64,000 nt of DNA from assembly GCA_963745835.1 (NCBI GenBank), contig CAVUZH010000003.1, positions 928,001 to 992,000 on the forward strand, given 5' to 3'. The notes beneath the pieces are model-generated. The model did not search any database. It was not told the DNA's origin and saw only the letters and a program-made list of their open reading frames with translations. Made by a program: the position numbers and the translations under genes. This DNA comes from an uncultured delta proteobacterium. Its GTDB lineage: Bacteria > Desulfobacterota > Binatia > UBA9968. Shown one piece after another: positions 30,991 to 40,641 of this stretch. Numbering within the stretch: position 1 is the stretch's first letter; every line of letters begins with the position of its first letter.

Positions 30991-31593
30991 TTAGAGAATC
31001 GCCTTGATCGCGGATCGTTGTTTCATTCGCTCGACATAGCTTGCCAACCGCGGCAGCGACTTATCCGGCAATACGCCGAAACCTTCGAGCCGAATAAAGC
31101 GGGGAATCAGGGCTGCGTCGGCAAGTGAAAAATCTCCTACCAAGTAGGATTGATCGCCGATCTCATTCTCCAGTCTTTGCAGCATTCTTCTAAGCTCGGT
31201 CTGCGCCCCCGCGATCACATCCTTATTTTGTTCCTTCTCATCTTTCACCATTTCCATGCGTAGTTTTTGATATTGACCCTCCAGATGGGTTAATCCGTAA
31301 TCGGTCAAGATGCGAGCTTTGGCTTTTTTAGCGGGGTCCTGCGGCATGAGGGGCGGTGTTGGATATTTCTCGTCAAGGTATTCATTGATGATACAGGATT
31401 CATACAACACCGTGTCGCCATCAGTGATCACGGGGACTTTTCCATTTGGATTCAGTTTGAGGAATTCAGGCGTTTTTTGCGCATGCGCTCTCAGGTCAAC
31501 GGGAACTGTTTCGTAAGGCAGATTTTTTTCCGCCAGAACAACCCGTACCCGTTGGCAATTAGGTGACGACTTAAAATCATATAGCTTGATCAT
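30991..31593 (-). CDS. glutathione S-transferase family protein
   Basis: KLYDFKSSPNCQRVR, LNPNGKVPV, LYESCIINEYLDE. Confidence 0.92.
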   Translation of the reverse strand: MIKLYDFKSSPNCQRVRVVLAEKNLPYETVPVDLRAHAQKTPEFLKLNPNGKVPVITDGDTVLYESCIINEYLDEKYPTPPLMPQDPAKKAKARILTDYGLTHLEGQYQKLRMEMVKDEKEQNKDVIAGAQTELRRMLQRLENEIGDQSYLVGDFSLADAALIPRFIRLEGFGVLPDKSLPRLASYVERMKQRSAIKAIL

Positions 31594-31731
31594 TGTCTGT
31601 CCTTTCTAGATCAGGATTGATACCGCACTTATACTGAGATTCCGTTTAAACGCAAAGGCGAAGCTGAAAACTCGCTTGATATGGCCAGTCTTTGATGTTA
31701 AGCGAATAGCGATTGGCCGGATTGTTTTCCG

Positions 31732-32256
31732 ATGAGCGCGGAAGAAGCAGCTGCTACAAAGATCGTTACCGGGATAAAACAAGCCGGTATCAATTTGATC
31801 GCCACTTTGCCCGACGTCAACCTAGCGCAGCTGCTGCATGCTGTCGATGAAGACCCCGATCTTCTACACGTGCCACTGTGCCGCGAGGAGGAAGGAATCG
31901 GGATCTGCGCAGGGGCCTATCTTGTCGGAAAGAAGTGTGCCGCGGTGATGCAGAACGGTGGCTTCTTCAACAGTAATAATGCCATCATCAGCACGCTCTT
32001 ACAGTATCAAATCCCGCTGCTGCTGTTGATCTACTATGCCGGGGATGTTGGTGATCGGACCTTCAGCACTTCGGGCAGCATGACGGAACCGGTGCTCCAG
32101 GCACTCGGAATCCGATATTACATCATGCGCGAGACCGCCGACGCGCCGGAGCTGATCAAGCGGGCGCAGATCTTGGCCGAGGATTCGAAAAGGCCGGTCG
32201 CGCTGCTCCTCACCAAAGAAGTCCTGGGGCGGCGCGCCGCGCTTAAATCGCTCTAG
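31732..32256 (+). CDS. ThDP-dependent decarboxylase alpha subunit (ComD/sulfopyruvate decarboxylase-like)
   Basis: REEEGIGICAGAYL...VMQNGG...IPLLLLI. Confidence 0.8.
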   Translation: MSAEEAAATKIVTGIKQAGINLIATLPDVNLAQLLHAVDEDPDLLHVPLCREEEGIGICAGAYLVGKKCAAVMQNGGFFNSNNAIISTLLQYQIPLLLLIYYAGDVGDRTFSTSGSMTEPVLQALGIRYYIMRETADAPELIKRAQILAEDSKRPVALLLTKEVLGRRAALKSL

Positions 32257-32292
32257 CCTGGTTCTTACATCAAGCAAAGCTGAACGTTTTGT

Positions 32293-32898
32293 ATGAAAAG
32301 ATTTGATTGCTTGAAACTCGTTGCCGCGGAGGCGAAGGACGCTTTGGTAGTCAGTTCTGCCGGAGCGATGACTCTGGAGTGGAATGCCCTGCGTCCGGGG
32401 GACGGCAATTTTCGGGTTCGCACCCTGGGTCTGTGTTCGTCCATCGCGCTTGGTATGGCCTTGGGCTTGCCCCATCGCAAGATCATAGCCTTAGATGGAG
32501 ACGGGTCTTTGTTAATGAATCTGTGTTCATTGCCGACGATCGCTCGCATGCGCCCGAGCAACTTAGTCCATATTGTTTTCGATAACGAAGTTTATGAGGC
32601 CTCCGGCAGCAAGAAAACGGCGACTGCTTGTGGGACTGACTTAGTCGGAGTGGCGCGTGCGGCAGGAATCAAGAACTCCAGTTGGGCAAATAATCTCAGC
32701 GACTTTGGTAGAGCGATTTTGGCGGGCATGACCACCAATGAGCTGAGATTTATTGGCGCCAAGGTCACAACCGAGCGAACTGAGGTTAGCCCATATCCCC
32801 TCGATGAAGTGGAAAATAAGTATCGTTTCATTCGTCACGTTGAAAGGACTGAGCAGGTTGAGATTCTCAAGAAGAATCTGCCGGCCAGTTATGTTTAG
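32293..32898 (+). CDS. ThDP-dependent decarboxylase beta subunit (ComE-like)
   Basis: ThDP-binding motif DGDGSLLMNL...VFDN. Confidence 0.85.
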   Translation: MKRFDCLKLVAAEAKDALVVSSAGAMTLEWNALRPGDGNFRVRTLGLCSSIALGMALGLPHRKIIALDGDGSLLMNLCSLPTIARMRPSNLVHIVFDNEVYEASGSKKTATACGTDLVGVARAAGIKNSSWANNLSDFGRAILAGMTTNELRFIGAKVTTERTEVSPYPLDEVENKYRFIRHVERTEQVEILKKNLPASYV

Positions 32899-32926
32899 TT
32901 CCGTCGGAGACCATCTTTGAGGCCCA

Positions 32927-33961
32927 ATGAAAATTGATATCGAATTTAACTCCGGGGCCCAGCTACCGATGGACGCAATCCCGGAGCTGGCGCGTCTCGC
33001 CGAGGCAAACGGCTTCGATTGTGCCTGGGGTGGAGAGGCTAATAACAAAGATCCGACGGTAATGTTGTCAGCTATCGCCGCTGTAACTACCCGGCTCAAA
33101 ATAGGTTCGGCGATCTATCACATCCTCGGCCGCACGCCGGCAACGTTAGCGTTGCAAGCGGTGGGTCTCGACGAGTTATCCGGCGGAAGATTTCTCTTGG
33201 GCATCGGTTCATCCAATCCGACTATTGCCAAGTGGCACGGTCAAATATTAGATCAACCGCTCGGCCGGGTTCGTGAATACATCGAGATTGTCCAATCCGC
33301 CGTACGCGGGGAGAAGCTTGACTTTGATGGCAAGTTTTTCACGGCACACAATTTCAGAATGGCATTTAAGCCGTCGGGTCGTATCATACCTATCTATCTT
33401 GCTGCCTTCGGTCCCAAGATGACACGCCTGGCGGGCAGGATTGCCGATGGCGTTTTAATCAATATGGCCAATCCCGCTGAAATTCGGCGAATCTCCGATG
33501 AGGTCCGCAAAGGCGCTGAAGAGGCGGGGAAAGATCCGGCCGGCATGCAGATTATTTGCAAGATTCGCTGCTCCATCGCTGAAACTTCTGCCGCCGCCCG
33601 AGATGCTTTGAGTCATGCGCTAACCTATTACGCGCTAGCCGATTATTATCGCGACCTCCTCGGCCGCATGGGATTCGCAGAGGAAGTTGAGGCGATGCGC
33701 AGCGCGTGGAAAGCCGGAGGCTTTCATTCCGCGCGTAAGTTGGTGAGTGATCGAATGTTCGCGAATCTGCCTCTGATCGCCGCCACTTCTGCGCACGAGA
33801 TTGTCGAGCAGATCCGGCCATACGCGGCCGCCGGGGCCACACGAATCATTCTGCCGTATGTTGCGGCTACCGACGATGTCATAGGGGAGATGAAGAGCTT
33901 CATCGAGAAATGGAATACGTTACAACGCAGCTCACCCAGGAGAGAAATCGATGCCATTTGA
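32927..33961 (+). CDS. LLM-class flavin/F420-dependent oxidoreductase
   Basis: TTRLKIGSAI, LDELSGGRFLLGIG, IPIYLAAFGPKMTRLAGRIADG. Confidence 0.9.
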   Translation: MKIDIEFNSGAQLPMDAIPELARLAEANGFDCAWGGEANNKDPTVMLSAIAAVTTRLKIGSAIYHILGRTPATLALQAVGLDELSGGRFLLGIGSSNPTIAKWHGQILDQPLGRVREYIEIVQSAVRGEKLDFDGKFFTAHNFRMAFKPSGRIIPIYLAAFGPKMTRLAGRIADGVLINMANPAEIRRISDEVRKGAEEAGKDPAGMQIICKIRCSIAETSAAARDALSHALTYYALADYYRDLLGRMGFAEEVEAMRSAWKAGGFHSARKLVSDRMFANLPLIAATSAHEIVEQIRPYAAAGATRIILPYVAATDDVIGEMKSFIEKWNTLQRSSPRREIDAI

Positions 33962-34352
33962 ATTAATGAACCCGTCCGGTTTGGAGTCACCTGTCGGTTA
34001 CGCTCACATAGCCAAGATCGCCGGGGGTGATATCGTCCATGTAGCGGGACAGGCCCCGTTCGACTCTCAGGGGCAGGTCGTCGGCAAGGGTGATTTCGTG
34101 GCGCAGTTCGCCCAGGTGGTCCGAAATCTAAAAACCGCAATTGCTGCAGCCGGCGGCGAGCCACAGAACTACGCTGTCCTCACCATCTATATTACCGACT
34201 TGCAAGCCTACCTGAATAACAAAAAGCCGCTTGGATCAGTCTACAAGGAGGTGTTTGGTCGACACTTTCCTGCCATTACGCTGGTGGAAGTGAAAAGCCT
34301 CTACAATCCCGATTGTTTGGTCGAGATCTCAGGGGTGGCCGTGATCAGTTGA
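33951..34352 (+). CDS. RidA/YjgF/UK114 family protein
   Basis: GYAH, VHVAGQ, PAITLVEVKSL...LVEI. Confidence 0.88.
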   Translation: MPFELMNPSGLESPVGYAHIAKIAGGDIVHVAGQAPFDSQGQVVGKGDFVAQFAQVVRNLKTAIAAAGGEPQNYAVLTIYITDLQAYLNNKKPLGSVYKEVFGRHFPAITLVEVKSLYNPDCLVEISGVAVIS

Positions 34353-34478
34353 GGCCAGAAGGTATTTTCCTACAGCTTTTGTCTTAAAATTGCGCAATTG
34401 TGACAACTTTGCGCTTGCGATTTGCCTTGGCTAGCTGAGCTAGAGCCGGAAGTGATGTGTTTTCGAGCTCAGCCTAGC

Positions 34479-34494
34479 TGGCACCTAGTTTGCT
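34479..34494 (+). promoter_or_regulatory. sigma54 (-24/-12) promoter
   Basis: TGGCAC-CTAGT-TTGCT matches the TGGCAC-N5-TTGCW consensus exactly. It is intergenic, 45 nt before ATG 34540. Confidence 0.75.
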
Positions 34495-34539
34495 TAAACT
34501 GCTCGATATTGAAGGTTAATAGGGAAGGGTCAAAAAACG

Positions 34540-34761
34540 ATGAGTTACCGGCTAACTAGATACAATCCCAAACCTAGCATCGAGCAAGAACGGGAACAGG
34601 ATCTTCTAGAAAGCGTCACCGAAGAAGAGGTGATAATCCTGTGGCGTTCAATAAAACAAAAGGGCTTGTCAGAGGATGAGGCTTGGCATGCCATCGTTAC
34701 CGGGCTTGCTCTGGATGCGGCCTTCTCAAGCAACCGGCGAACGATTCAGTATGAACATTAG
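34540..34761 (+). CDS. small hypothetical protein (73 aa)
   Basis: Purine-rich RBS and a sigma54 promoter directly upstream. Confidence 0.6.
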   Translation: MSYRLTRYNPKPSIEQEREQDLLESVTEEEVIILWRSIKQKGLSEDEAWHAIVTGLALDAAFSSNRRTIQYEH

Positions 34762-34812
34762 TGAGTGGCGCTAAACTCCCCACACTGTACATGAACGCGT
34801 GGATGACGCTTT

Positions 34813-35304
34813 TTAGGTTTGAGTTGCCTGCGGATCTGCGATTGCGACTAAATCCAAGAGAATTTGGCGATGTGATCTTTGGCTGCTCCTAAGCTCCGCT
34901 ACCATCCTCGCGATCTCTGGTGTTTCTGCTGCCTTTAATTCGAGCGTGAATAGTAGATCATCCAAGGCAATCTGATCCTGCAAGTCGACGTTTAATCGCT
35001 CCCAATGGTTTTTCCCTGTCTTCGCCTCTCCTTTCGGTAATCGCGGCTTTTCTCCAAGTTTTTCAATTACGGTTCTTACCTTTTTAGCAATATCTAATTT
35101 CTGTATTGCGATTTCGTGTAGTTTGCGCCGGATGTGCGGATAAGGCGCGTCAGCGGCGTGCACCTCGACTTGATTGGCCAGCCGTAAAACCAGCTCGTGG
35201 GCGAGGGCTAGACCTTCCACAGGAGTCTCACGTCGGGAATAGTTATAGACGCTTCGTTCCGGAAAGAAAAAGTTTTTCAAAGAGTTGGAAATGGTGCTCG
35301 GCAT
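34813..35304 (-). CDS. hypothetical helical-bundle protein, possibly degenerate ferritin-like
   Basis: All-helical amphipathic pattern (IEKLG turn, SQRSH). Canonical ExxH ligands are absent. Confidence 0.5.
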   Translation of the reverse strand: MPSTISNSLKNFFFPERSVYNYSRRETPVEGLALAHELVLRLANQVEVHAADAPYPHIRRKLHEIAIQKLDIAKKVRTVIEKLGEKPRLPKGEAKTGKNHWERLNVDLQDQIALDDLLFTLELKAAETPEIARMVAELRSSQRSHRQILLDLVAIADPQATQT

Positions 35305-35678
35305 TAAAGGTCTTCAACTCCGACGATAAATTTAACTTGGTTTTATGTCAAGCTTTTGAGCATGTAACTCGTTGACTGCGGTGGAAAAACCTGATTGAAT
35401 CCCGGCAATAACCAGGGTGACGGATATCACAGATCACCCCTCGAAATTGCCTTGCATCAAGCCGCAATCGTTTTGGAACTTTTCATGCTTGCATCCAAAC
35501 GAGCCGCAAAACTCAACGGAGCCGGCCACTTATCTATTCTGACAATCGCGGAGCCGTGGTCTTTGCGTGAGGTGGCGGCATCCGAGGCCTGAAAAGTCCG
35601 GAAAGATTATCAGCCAAGGGCAACGCGGTTTTTCAGCCGAACTGTTGGCGTACCTCAGCATAGCCACGTGAATCTTCG

Positions 35679-36653
35679 ATGCCGCAAATGACCGACGACG
35701 ATAAAGCACTGCCCATCGATTTATCATTCGTTAACATCGATTTGTCAAAGAAAGAGGATTTGGAAGACGCTGATTCGAAAGAAAAAGCGTTGATCCCGTT
35801 CGATCCTTTGCAACGATACCTCGCAGAGATCCGCCGTTTTCCGCTACTTTCACGCGAGGAAGAACATAAGCTGGCCGTTGAATTCAAGGAATTTGGCAAT
35901 ATCGAAGCCGCCTATAAACTTGTTACCGGAAACCTGCGATTGGTGGTGATGATCGCGCGAGAATACCAAAAGGCATTGAAAAGCCTGCTTGATCTGATTC
36001 AAGAAGGCAATATGGGTTTGATGGAAGCGGTAAAAAACTTCGACCCTTACCGGGGCGTGCGATTCCCATCGTACGCGGTGTGGTGGATTCGTGCCTATAT
36101 CATTCGTTACATCATGAACGACTGGCGTATGGTCAAGATCGGAACGACTCAGGCTCAAAGAAAACTGTTTTTCAACCTACAAAAAGAGAAGGAGCGGATT
36201 GAGGCGGAAGGCCTGACGCCAGGCCCTAAACTGCTGGCTCAGCGACTTAACGTTAAAGAAGACGAAGTTGTGGAAATGGAGCAACGCCTAGCTAATCGTG
36301 ACCTTTCGGTGGATATGCCGATCGGCGAAGACGAAGAGGCAACGATGCTCAATTTTTTGCCGGATCAAAAACAGAATCCCGAAGAGCATTTCGCCGAAAG
36401 TCAGTACCGCGAGTTATTGCAACAGAAGATGGAAGACTTTGCACACACCTTAAAAGATAAAGAGCTCGTCATTTTTCGCGAGCGTTTGCTCAATGAAGAC
36501 CCGGTTACACTCCGGGAGATCGGTGAAAAATACAGTATTAGCCGAGAACGCGTCCGGCAGATCGAGGAACGGCTTAAAAAGAAGCTCAAGACGTATTTGA
36601 GCAAAGAACTGGACGATGTTGACGGCGCAAAAATCGGCAAGGCTGCAGATTAG
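35679..36653 (+). CDS. rpoH: RNA polymerase sigma-32 family factor
   Basis: DLIQEGNMGLM, YAVWWIRA, RpoH box QRKLFFNL, ISRERVRQIE. Confidence 0.88.
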   Translation: MPQMTDDDKALPIDLSFVNIDLSKKEDLEDADSKEKALIPFDPLQRYLAEIRRFPLLSREEEHKLAVEFKEFGNIEAAYKLVTGNLRLVVMIAREYQKALKSLLDLIQEGNMGLMEAVKNFDPYRGVRFPSYAVWWIRAYIIRYIMNDWRMVKIGTTQAQRKLFFNLQKEKERIEAEGLTPGPKLLAQRLNVKEDEVVEMEQRLANRDLSVDMPIGEDEEATMLNFLPDQKQNPEEHFAESQYRELLQQKMEDFAHTLKDKELVIFRERLLNEDPVTLREIGEKYSISRERVRQIEERLKKKLKTYLSKELDDVDGAKIGKAAD

Positions 36654-36762
36654 CAGGTATTGCCCCTAGGGGTGTCACTTACTTCGGCAGTCTCGCGGTC
36701 GCGGGATCTTGTCTGTTCAACCCGGTTTTGCTACGAGAATTAGATTAACTTGGGAGGTATCA

Positions 36763-37215
36763 TTGCAGTTCGAAAAACAGGTAGAGATTCAGGCGCCCAG
36801 AGAAAAGGTTTGGAATTTCATCTGGGATGTCGATCAGTTTATCGCTTGCGTTCCGGGTTGTAAGGAAGCTAAGACTCTTGAAGAAGGGAAGCGGTATTCC
36901 GCAACCATGGTCGAGAAAGTTGGACCATTCAAGGTTGAGTTTCCTACGACCATAGAAGTTTTGGAACGAGAAGAGTTATCACGGATCAAGGCTCAAGCGT
37001 CCGGCGCTGACAACAAAATTGGCAGCCGGATGAAATTGGATCTGGAAGTGAAGCTTCGTGAAGAAGAAAACAAAACCGTTCTTCAATTTATAGCCGGAGT
37101 CGATATCTTGGGTAAACTTGCCGCCTTGGGACATGGCATTATCAAGCGCAAAGCCGACCAGGTCCTGGACGAGTTTGCTCAGGCAGTGAAGAAGCGTTTG
37201 GAAGGAGATTCGTGA
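36763..37215 (+). CDS. coxG: CoxG/SRPBCC family protein
   Basis: GGAGG then TTG 36763. APREKVW...ACVPGC, GKLAALGHGII. Confidence 0.82.
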   Translation: MQFEKQVEIQAPREKVWNFIWDVDQFIACVPGCKEAKTLEEGKRYSATMVEKVGPFKVEFPTTIEVLEREELSRIKAQASGADNKIGSRMKLDLEVKLREEENKTVLQFIAGVDILGKLAALGHGIIKRKADQVLDEFAQAVKKRLEGDS

Positions 37216-37216
37216 G

Positions 37217-38083
37217 ATGCTGCGACGATTCCGTCTAGAAGAGCCCACGACCGTAGCTGAGGTAGCGGAACTACTGGGGCGATTCGGTGACTCGGCCAAA
37301 GTGTATGCGGGAGGAACGGAGCTTCTCCTTGCCATGAAAGAAGGCTTGGTTCAGTTTGAGCGACTAGTGAATGTTAAAGGCGTCAGCGGTCTAAATGAGG
37401 TTAAGCAAAATAATGGCGAAATCCATATAGGCGCTCTCTGTACACATCACGAACTTGAAAATTCGCCGATATTGAGGGAGAAGCTGCCTGCTCTGGTGAA
37501 GCTCGAAGAGAATGTGGCAAACGTCCGCGTGCGCCAGGTAGGCACTCTTGGTGGCAATCTCTGCTTTGCCGAACCTCATGCCGATCCGGGAACGTTATTG
37601 ATCGCTTTAGGAGCGCGTCTCGTTGCCGAGAAGGGAGACCGCAAACGCGAGATACCGGCGGAATCTTTCTTCGTCGATGCTTACGAAACCTCCCTAGAAG
37701 CGGACGAGGTACTAACGCAGATTATCGTCCCGGTCCCGGCCCAACCCGCTGGAGTTTGCTATATGAAGTTTGGCTATCTCGAGAGGCCCAGCGTCGGGCT
37801 GGCGGTGATGGTAAACCTGAATACCGGCAGAACTGAGATCAACGATATCAGAATTGCGGTTGGCTGTGCCGGACCGGCGCCCAAGCGAGTTGCGGAAGCC
37901 GAAGCCTTGTTGAAAGGCATAAGCGTTGACGAGGCGACCCGAAACATTGCGCAGGCAGGGGAGATGTCTGGCCGCGCTTCCCAAGCAATCAGTGATTTAC
38001 ACGGCGCGCAGGATTACAAGGAGCATATTGTCCAAGTACTTCTGAAGCGCTCATTTCAAAATGCCCTCGGCCAGTGCGCATAG
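37217..38083 (+). CDS. CoxM/CutM-like FAD-binding medium subunit of a molybdenum hydroxylase
   Basis: AGGTEL, VRQVGTLGGNL, AEPHAD, ISDLHG. Confidence 0.9.
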   Translation: MLRRFRLEEPTTVAEVAELLGRFGDSAKVYAGGTELLLAMKEGLVQFERLVNVKGVSGLNEVKQNNGEIHIGALCTHHELENSPILREKLPALVKLEENVANVRVRQVGTLGGNLCFAEPHADPGTLLIALGARLVAEKGDRKREIPAESFFVDAYETSLEADEVLTQIIVPVPAQPAGVCYMKFGYLERPSVGLAVMVNLNTGRTEINDIRIAVGCAGPAPKRVAEAEALLKGISVDEATRNIAQAGEMSGRASQAISDLHGAQDYKEHIVQVLLKRSFQNALGQCA

Positions 38084-38096
38084 GAGAGTTGTTTAG

Positions 38097-38618
38097 ATGG
38101 CAATGACAATGTTACGACGTTCAGATTTACAGACGGTACCGGTTTCGTTTAGTCTAAACGGTAAATTGCAGGAATTGGATGTCGAGCCGCATGAACTGCT
38201 TTTGGATGTTATACGGGATCGATTGGGACTTACTGGAGCCAAACGATCGTGCGACGTACAAGTTTGCGGCGCTTGCACGTTGCTGGTGGACGGAAGGCCG
38301 GTGAGCGCCTGTACAACGTTAGCCTTTGAAGTCAGAGATAAAAGTGTGATGACGATCGAAGGTTTGGCGGAAAATGGCAAGTTACACCCACTCCAGCAAG
38401 CCTTTATTGAGCATGGAGGGTTTCAATGTGGCTTTTGTACCCCCGGAATGATTCTCGCAGCCAAGGCCTTGTTAGATGAAAATCCTCATCCCACCGAGGA
38501 AGAACTAAAGCATTTTATGCACGGCAACATCTGTCGTTGCACCGGGTATAAAAAGATTATCGAATCCATCATGGCTGCCGCAGCGAACATGTCTGAGGCT
38601 ACGCAGAAGGGCTCTTAG
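38097..38618 (+). CDS. CoxS/CutS-like 2x[2Fe-2S] small subunit
   Basis: CDVQVCGAC, QCGFCTPG, NICRCTGY. Confidence 0.93.
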   Translation: MAMTMLRRSDLQTVPVSFSLNGKLQELDVEPHELLLDVIRDRLGLTGAKRSCDVQVCGACTLLVDGRPVSACTTLAFEVRDKSVMTIEGLAENGKLHPLQQAFIEHGGFQCGFCTPGMILAAKALLDENPHPTEEELKHFMHGNICRCTGYKKIIESIMAAAANMSEATQKGS

Positions 38619-38781
38619 TCTCCACGGTCAAGCGAAATCACAAGGTAGGCTCCGCAGTCAGCTACTTTGTTTCAACGGCCCGGGAGCTCCTCCGAGTAAA
38701 AAGCCCGCTTCTCTAGAATAGCGGCATCGCTCTTTGGTTATGTAATCATTTGGTGAGTGGTATGGCAGGATAATGCTAAAA

Positions 38782-39705
38782 CTACGCACGAATTTCCGCG
38801 CGCATAAAAAAGATGTAAGAAATCCCGAAGCAGACCGCCACCAAGCCGAATAGAGTCGTGACGTGGGGCCAGATGAGGTTCAAGCTCTGTCCAAGGGCAA
38901 GCGGCGTCGGTAAGATACCTTCTGCCTGACTTTGTAGGGCTATACCAAAAACGCGAGCAGCCGGATTCAACAATATGTGCACGGTTTCCGAAAATAGCGT
39001 GCTTGGTGAGATACGACCGATGATATTCTCGATGTCGGCTCGCCGGGCAACCGATTCAGGAGTGGAAGTATCCGGAACAACGATACTGGCTATGCCTTGA
39101 CTGACGATGACAACGAACAGGGTCATAAACAGCCAAACAGCGATTGAAGCGAGAGCTGCGGTAACGGTCTTTTGGAAGAGCAATGAAAACAGCGTCGCAA
39201 GCGCCAGCCAAAACCCCAGATAGAAGATACCCACTACGGCAAAGATCAGCATCCGCCACAGTTCCTCGGCATTAGGTGGAAAGCCAAGCAAGGTAATACC
39301 TAGGCCAATCACTAACAAGAGGATCGATGCCCATAGAACCGCAATTGTCGTGAGACCGGCAAAAAACTTTCCATTGATAAAACTGTCGCGGTAGATGGGC
39401 TGTGAGAGAACCCGGCTCAATGTGCCGCGGGCGTACTCACCGCTGATGGAGTCGAAACCCAAGGTAATGCCGACCAGGGGTCCGAAAAAACCCAGAAAAG
39501 TCGCCAGCGAAAAAAGCGTTTCACCGCTGGAGGTCAGCAGAAGAAGAAATACGTACTGCGCGGGAACGGTTTCAGTATTCTGCCGGATCGCTTGGCCGGT
39601 TGCATAAGCGGCCCAGAGTCCCGTCAGTACGATGATAAAAATCAAGATCATGAAGCGGCGGCTGCTAAAGTGATCTCCCAGCTCTTTCCAAAACACCACA
39701 CCCAT
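38782..39705 (-). CDS. ABC-2 type permease (NosY-like)
   Basis: Multi-TM protein with GFDSISGEYARGTLSRVLSQPIYR. Confidence 0.85.
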   Translation of the reverse strand: MGVVFWKELGDHFSSRRFMILIFIIVLTGLWAAYATGQAIRQNTETVPAQYVFLLLLTSSGETLFSLATFLGFFGPLVGITLGFDSISGEYARGTLSRVLSQPIYRDSFINGKFFAGLTTIAVLWASILLLVIGLGITLLGFPPNAEELWRMLIFAVVGIFYLGFWLALATLFSLLFQKTVTAALASIAVWLFMTLFVVIVSQGIASIVVPDTSTPESVARRADIENIIGRISPSTLFSETVHILLNPAARVFGIALQSQAEGILPTPLALGQSLNLIWPHVTTLFGLVAVCFGISYIFFMRAEIRA

Positions 39706-39708
39706 GTC

Positions 39709-40641
39709 TTAAGCCTCGCGAAAATACTTTAAATAAATTTCTTCTAGGGTCGGATCTTCAGATCGCAGCTGTAACAAAGGAAGGCCTTTGGTTGTTACAA
39801 GGGAAACGAGTTCCGGCCGGACGTCTTTGGTGCAGCGCAGAAACCACCCTTGGCTGCGTTTTTCGATTTCATCGATGCCGTCGATAGCTTGAAGGCTTCG
39901 CTCAAGGCCGTCCCAATTACCGCCGACCTCAAACAAAAAGTTCCACTGGCGGCCCTTGAGAATCGCTCTTCCGAGCTCATCCATTTCACCTTGTACGATA
40001 AGTCGACCTTTGACGATGATACCAACACGACTACAGATTTGCTGGACTTGCTGCAGCTGGTGAGATGAAAGCATAACAGTCAAGTTATGATCCCGATTGA
40101 GATTTTTGATCATTTCAAGAATCCGGATGGCTCCATCGGGGTCGATTCCCAACGTCGGCTCGTCCAAAATGATCGCTATCGGATTTTTTACCAGAACTTC
40201 GGCAATGCCGAGCCTTTGCTTCATTCCACGGGAATACTCACGAACCAGGCGCCGGCCATCTTCGCTCAGGCCAACCTGCTCCAAGACCTCATCGGTTCGA
40301 CGTTGCGCTTCCCTTTCCGGAATTCGATTCAAGCGCGCCATATAGAGAAGGTTTTCTTTGGCGCTTATGTCGTCATAGAAGCCGGGATTTTCCGGCAGGT
40401 ACCCAACTCGCTTTTTAACCTCTAGAGGTTCAAGTGTGGGGTTATACCCGCACACCGATAATTGTCCTGAGGTGGGTTCGGTGAGTCCCAAAAGCATCAG
40501 GATCGTAGTTGTCTTACCGGCACCGTTAGGACCAAGAAAGCCGAAAATTTCTCCCTGTTGTACAGACAGAGTGAGTGTATTGACCGCAAGCTTTTCACGG
40601 TAACGCTTGGTCAAATTCTTGGTGTCTACGACTGCGCTCAT
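39709..40641 (-). CDS. ABC transporter ATP-binding protein
   Basis: GPNGAGKTT, YSRGMKQR, ILDEPT, SSH. Confidence 0.95.
   Translation of the reverse strand: MSAVVDTKNLTKRYREKLAVNTLTLSVQQGEIFGFLGPNGAGKTTTILMLLGLTEPTSGQLSVCGYNPTLEPLEVKKRVGYLPENPGFYDDISAKENLLYMARLNRIPEREAQRRTDEVLEQVGLSEDGRRLVREYSRGMKQRLGIAEVLVKNPIAIILDEPTLGIDPDGAIRILEMIKNLNRDHNLTVMLSSHQLQQVQQICSRVGIIVKGRLIVQGEMDELGRAILKGRQWNFLFEVGGNWDGLERSLQAIDGIDEIEKRSQGWFLRCTKDVRPELVSLVTTKGLPLLQLRSEDPTLEEIYLKYFREA

Noticed and set aside
36763-38618. Aerobic CO dehydrogenase
   Set aside because: No CoxL and no AYXCSFR motif in the window.
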